DNA of 64,000 nucleotides from an uncultured cyanobacterium (GTDB lineage Bacteria; Cyanobacteriota; Cyanobacteriia; Cyanobacteriales; Cyanobacteriaceae): NCBI GenBank assembly GCA_963749915.1, contig CAVVOP010000021.1, positions 714,107 to 778,106 of the forward strand, read 5' to 3'. Shown piece by piece: positions 58,952 to 64,000 of this stretch (position 1 is its first letter; each line of letters starts with the position of its first letter). The notes under the pieces were generated by a model. It saw only the letters and a program-made list of their open reading frames with translations, ran no database searches and was not told where the DNA came from. The position numbers and the translations under genes were made by a program.

Positions 58952-61210
58952 TTAATGCAAAAGAATATAATTACTCCAATAACGAGGATGACTCCAAAGA
59001 GGAGACTTAATCAATTCCAATTGGGCATTGCGTAGAGACTGGGAAGGATTAGCAACCAGTAGAGATTGATAAAAATGTTCGATAAAGATAGCCGAAGTCT
59101 GATCCGAGGCAAACCATAACCCACCCACCACCGAATCAATGCCATTCCGGACACCAATCCCCGCTATGCCCAAAATCGCTAAATCATTCCCCGCCGCCGT
59201 TTGACAACCGGATAAGACTAATAACTGTAGATTAGCTGTTCGCTGCCGCAGCAAAGTCTCGAACTGACTTAAACTCATTGGTTCAGTGCCTGTTTGGAAT
59301 TGACTATTCTCAAAGGAAGAAAAACGAGCATGACCAGCTAAATGTAAGATGTCATACTGAGGAGATTGTAATTTTCGGGCTAATTGTTGAGGCGAGAATT
59401 CCTGATTCAGATAGGAATCACCCCCCATGATGCTGGTAATTTTCATAACTTCTTCTGGGACAAAAGGCAATGTTTCCGGTGTCCAGTTACTCCCCTTGCT
59501 ACTGGCAAAGATTACAGGATTGTTAACCAGCTTTTCTGGTGTGGAAGCTAACTCAAGTCCTAAGGAATAATTAATCCCATAGTTTTCGATTAAATAGCTA
59601 TCACCATCCCAAAGCACCGCCATGGGGATATTGCGGTAATAGGCATCATTGATGAAAGTTAACTTCTTGATTCTTCTTGACTCAAATTCTTCTGCCCAAT
59701 CTCTGATTAATAAATCATATAGCTTCGCAGCTAGCAGGCGAAATTCATTACTGGCATCAAATTCTAAGCTTTGGCGAAAAGAAAGAACCAAGGATTTCCC
59801 TTGTTCTTGAGAAAGGGGAATTACTTTATGTTGTAATCCATCGGCGAAACGAACAATCTGATGCAGATTATCCGCTAAAACCAGATTAAAAATTAAGGCC
59901 GACTCAGGTTGAACTGAATCATTAACTTCACTCAAGGTTAATTCACAAGGATAGGCAAAGTGGGTTTCTAATTCAGCTAAATGAAATAACTGGAGAACTT
60001 CAATTACTTTGGCAAGATTTTCTTGAGTGGGATTGGCTAACAAAATAGCCATATATTCTTTATATAAAGGGGATGTCTGCTCTAAAAGTTCTTCTTTATT
60101 CAATCTGGTGCCAGAGGCTAAATCAAACCTGATTCTGGCTACTCTATCCAAGGCTAGTTGATAGTTATCCCGACTTTCTGACCATAATCCCTGCCCGGCG
60201 AATATCCTAGCTCTATTCCAATACAAGCTAAAATTGTCAGATAATTCTTCCTCGCTAAAAGTTAAATTGGCTTGATTGAGTAGAGAGAGTGCCTTATCTA
60301 AATTATCTTCTTTTTGATAATATTCGGCTTCTGCTTGCCAGACCGAGGCTAAAATATCAGGATTATTTAATTTAACCGCCATTTCTTCGCTTTTCTGCCA
60401 ATAATCAGGATTTAGTTGCGCTACTTCCACCATCAGCCCAATAGACTCTTCGCTTATCTTTAACCCTTCTAAAATCGAGACAGTTTTTCCTATTACTGAT
60501 TCCTGCGTATTTTCTGCTTGTAATTCTGGACTATTTTCCGCCTGTAATTCCCGCAGAAAAACTTTAGCCGCATCGAGGGATATTTCCTGAGAAGCAATTT
60601 CTACCGCTTTTAGCCTTAACTGTTGTACTTTCAGCTCATCTTCCCTTGCTAAGGCTAACCAAGATTGTTCTTCCGCCTCAGCTTCTTCCCAACGGGCAGT
60701 TAAAGCCAGCTTCTGCCTTTGTTCCGCCCTCCCTTGGTAACTCTCAATTAAATTGTTAAGTATTGTTAAATTTGCTAACTCCAAAGTAGAATATAAGGCG
60801 ATCGCTTTGTCCCAATCTTTGGTGGCTAAAGCCATTAAGGCTGCTACGGTAGTCAATTCTCTTGACAAAGTATCATTCCCATATTTTTGGGCTTCTTGAT
60901 AGGACTCGCTGGCTAAATGCCAATCTCCCCGTAACAGATAAGTTATGGTTAAATTCAAATTAATCCGAGCCTTGAGCTCAGAGTCTGGTGTGGATTGTAA
61001 TAATTCTCGCCAAAGAGCGATCGCCGACTGGGGATAGCCTTGATTTACCAGTTCTACTGCCCGATAATATTTAGCTTCCCTCTCTGATTCTGCCAAAGTA
61101 TATTCCTGAGCCCTTACACTAATACAAGGATACTGGTTTAAGCCAGACCAACAACAGAAGACCAAAACCAAAAATAATAATTTATCAAGATAAAGTTTGA
61201 TTTTTAACAT
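58952..61210 (-). CDS. TPR-containing CHAT domain protein with signal-peptide-like N-terminus
   Basis: TPR-like helices; YLIENY, LHLAGHARF, LLVLSGCQTAAG, HPRYWS. Confidence 0.9.
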   Translation of the reverse strand: MLKIKLYLDKLLFLVLVFCCWSGLNQYPCISVRAQEYTLAESEREAKYYRAVELVNQGYPQSAIALWRELLQSTPDSELKARINLNLTITYLLRGDWHLASESYQEAQKYGNDTLSRELTTVAALMALATKDWDKAIALYSTLELANLTILNNLIESYQGRAEQRQKLALTARWEEAEAEEQSWLALAREDELKVQQLRLKAVEIASQEISLDAAKVFLRELQAENSPELQAENTQESVIGKTVSILEGLKISEESIGLMVEVAQLNPDYWQKSEEMAVKLNNPDILASVWQAEAEYYQKEDNLDKALSLLNQANLTFSEEELSDNFSLYWNRARIFAGQGLWSESRDNYQLALDRVARIRFDLASGTRLNKEELLEQTSPLYKEYMAILLANPTQENLAKVIEVLQLFHLAELETHFAYPCELTLSEVNDSVQPESALIFNLVLADNLHQIVRFADGLQHKVIPLSQEQGKSLVLSFRQSLEFDASNEFRLLAAKLYDLLIRDWAEEFESRRIKKLTFINDAYYRNIPMAVLWDGDSYLIENYGINYSLGLELASTPEKLVNNPVIFASSKGSNWTPETLPFVPEEVMKITSIMGGDSYLNQEFSPQQLARKLQSPQYDILHLAGHARFSSFENSQFQTGTEPMSLSQFETLLRQRTANLQLLVLSGCQTAAGNDLAILGIAGIGVRNGIDSVVGGLWFASDQTSAIFIEHFYQSLLVANPSQSLRNAQLELIKSPLWSHPRYWSNYILLH

Positions 61211-61339
61211 TAAATAATTAAAATTAATGCTTAAATTTACAATCCAGAATATAATTTATCAACCTTCTCAATTCTCAAAAAGCTAAATTGTCAATTCTGA
61301 ATTCTGAATTCTCAATTCTAAATTCATTCGCGCATTCCC

Positions 61340-61753
61340 ATGATCCATCGCCAACTATCTTATGTTCTCCTAAATTTATCGATATTTTACTCTTTATGTT
61401 TCCCTACTGTCTCCTTCGCCAGCTTTTCCCCGAAGGAAAAAAAAGGCGAAAACCAGCAGGTTGCCGCTCGAAGCTCCAGAGGTTGTCCGAAACCATTAGG
61501 GAATATTACCATTGAGGCCACTGCCCAAGATACCATTGAATTTAATCATTTAACCCCCAAAATTCCCCTAAATATTGAAAAATCTCCCACTGAGGCAAGT
61601 CAAGAGATTTTGGTCGCCCTGATTGACAATGACAATGATGAACAAGTGTTCTATTCTCGCCAGCAATTTACTGGTTCGGGACTATTAGAAATTCAATTAC
61701 CACCTTTAAAAAATAATTATCAATATATTTTTGTGGCACAAAATTGTCTGTAA
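61340..61753 (+). pseudogene. DUF928-like exported protein, truncated
   Basis: Signal peptide, SRGC motif; position between the CHAT and CHASE2 genes. Confidence 0.55.
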
Positions 61754-61910
61754 TGAAAATAGACCTTCTTCCCATAAAAGTTTAAGAATATTACTCGAAA
61801 CAAATTTGAATTATGAATTTTGAATTGTTTCCTTTTCCTCTGAACTCCGAACTCCGCCCCGCTTGCGGCAGGAGCGTTCACGACCTCTCCGAACTCCGAA
61901 TTTACCAGTA

Positions 61911-63955
61911 ATGAAAATATATTCTCATCTTCTTAAAATTGGTCTTGTTTCTACTTTCATTGTCCTGTTATTGAGGTTTAGTGGCATTTTGCAACTAATC
62001 GAATTAGATTGTTATGATTTCTTTTTTCGCTTAAAACTGAAGGAAAAACCAGAAGAAAGAATCGTCCTAGTCGCCATCGAACATGAAGATGTCAATCAAG
62101 CCCAAATCTATCCCTTCAATGACCAAATTTATGCCGATTTTTTCACGAAAGTCACAGCCCAAAATCCCCGGGTAATTGGTTGGAATATTATTCGAGATGT
62201 TCCTGTCCCTCCCGGCACTGAAGAATTAGTCGCCATTTTAGAGACTACTCCCAATTTAATCGGTGTCAGCAAAATCACTAATCCCGAAAAATTTGAACCT
62301 CTACCAATTCTAAAGGAAAGGAATCAATATGCGGATATTAGTGGAGTGAATGATCTTGATGGGGTAGTACGGAAGGTTTATCTTTATCCGATTCAAAATC
62401 CCCAAGAGAAGCCGGTAGAATCAACCATTCCTTATTTGGGATTAAAATTGGCTTATGCTTATCTGGCAGGGGAAGGAATCGAGGACGAAAATAGTACCAT
62501 TAATAGTTCTTGGTTACAACTGGGACCAGCACATTTCCCCCATTTTCAAGGCTTTGATGGTGGTTATGTGCGAGATCCAGGTTACGGCTATCAAGTTTTA
62601 TTGAATTGGCGTAAACCGATTCAGAGCTTGAAGGAGGTCAATTTTTTTGATGTCATCGAAGGCAAGATTCCCCGGATTTATTTACCGACAAAATTGTGCA
62701 TGATTGGTGCTAGTTCCGCCGCTAACGATTTCCACGTTGTTCCTTTTGCCACCAGATCTGGTCAAACTTTAAGAGGCATCGATATTATCGCCCAAGCCAC
62801 CTCCCAATTTATTAGTGCGGCCCTGGACGGACGACCACTAATCCAAGTTCTACCGGAACCATTAGAATGGTTAATCATCGGTATTTGCTCCTTCTCGGTG
62901 CTATTTATCTGGAGAAACTATCAACGCTATTCTGATGGTGATTTAATTCGCATCCTGCTAGTCACCCTGGGACTGGGATGGGCGATCGTCCTAATTTCTC
63001 TCATCGCCTTTAATTTTGCTTGGTGGCTACCAGTATGTCCCGAGTCTGCTGGGATTATTGCTCTCTTCGATTTGTTGATGATTTATCTGCCGATTAATGA
63101 TTTAATTCGATCCCGCCAACAGTGGCGACAAGTAGCAGAACAAAAAGCTCTGTCAATTCAAGCTGCGAGGAAAGCTATGTTTCCTTGGGCAAAATTACCG
63201 AGGCGATCGCGATGGGCTTAAATAAATCACTAAATATCTTAGCCCAGAGAACTTACTCAATTCGTCAACAAAATAGGGAGAATATTTCCTTATTTGATAG
63301 TAGTGAATCAATCGGAAAAGAAGAAAATAATCAAACTAAAGTTTTGCGAAAAAATCTCTCGCAAATAAATTCTGAACTGTCAGAATTTTCTAAGGAAACT
63401 AGAGTTATACAAGAATTAATTACGCAAATTATTCCCCATTTATCTAATTCAGGAACAATTTGACTACGTCAATATTCAAAATATTCTCCACGATTCATGG
63501 CAATGGGTTTATGTTCAGAAAAACGAAAAAGAGCAATTTACCATTACTATAGGCAAATTAGTGATTCGTCATCACCTTTAATTCCTCTTTCTCTTTCATC
63601 AGGTCAAATCGCTTTGAGAAACCTCCTGAAAATGCCTATAATTCAGTTATGGAAAAATCTAGAAGCAAACAAACAACCAAGATTATCAGCCTACGATTGA
63701 AGTAAGAACAAAAAATCAACCTGATCACATTGAAATTGAGATTTGGCACAATGGAATATTTAACAATATCGAAAAAATAGGTAGCAAATCCTCAGGTTCC
63801 AATTGATGCAGTTCAGAAAAATTTAAATTTACCATTAAAGATAAGTTATTCGATCATCAAAGGAATTCATCAAGGAGATATTTATTTAGAATCACTGGTC
63901 GAAGAAAAGACAAAATTGACGATTATCTTACCGAAAAATCTGCCAAAAAATAAGT
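61911..63955 (+). pseudogene. CHASE2 sensor domain protein with degenerate His-kinase-like tail; multiple frameshifts
   Basis: RIVLVAIE, PRVIG, DGVVRK, DGGYV..GYQVLLNW, QFISAALDGRPL; downstream pieces such as IEIEIWHNG in other frames. Confidence 0.75.
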
Positions 63956-64000
63956 TAGAAATTATTGGAATCGCTCTTTTAGTTTTATGGGGAGGGGTTA

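Noticed and set aside
1..64000. tRNA or rRNA genes
   Set aside because: None recognised by eye; a tRNAscan/Infernal run would be needed to exclude them

Overview
AT-rich cyanobacterial DNA (frequent HIP1 GCGATCGC octamers, a psbA 3' remnant, DevBC, Uma2 and heptamer STRR repeats). The window is a mosaic of accessory loci around a few housekeeping genes (rdgB, purB, two phosphohexomutase-type genes). Blocks from left to right: (1) 1-13.9 kb, the tail of a putative glycolipid/natural-product cluster: GMC oxidoreductase, glf, methyltransferase, two GT28 paralogues, a polyprenol-kinase-like gene, MFS, a CylK/BrtB-like beta-propeller/RTX protein and DevBC. (2) 15.8-21.6 kb, a decaying Cu/Zn metal-resistance island that includes a desulforedoxin-like mini-protein. 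(3) IS1634, IS200/IS605, IS701, IS5 and ISAs1 elements or remnants plus MITEs. (4) 35.9-48.4 kb, a fragmented surface-polysaccharide region. (5) 50.1-58.9 kb, a MoxR/vWA/VMAP ternary conflict-type operon with a CHAT protease, a recently duplicated EAD1 adaptor pair, an uncharacterised beta-rich candidate protease substrate, and a terminal FGE/C-type-lectin domain that carries a DGR-like variable region; no RT or template repeat was seen in the window. (6) A TPR-CHAT/DUF928/CHASE2 locus. Many genes are truncated, fused by internal deletions or frameshifted; this is either real genome decay or assembly/sequencing error. All calls come from reading motifs by eye, and no database searches were run.
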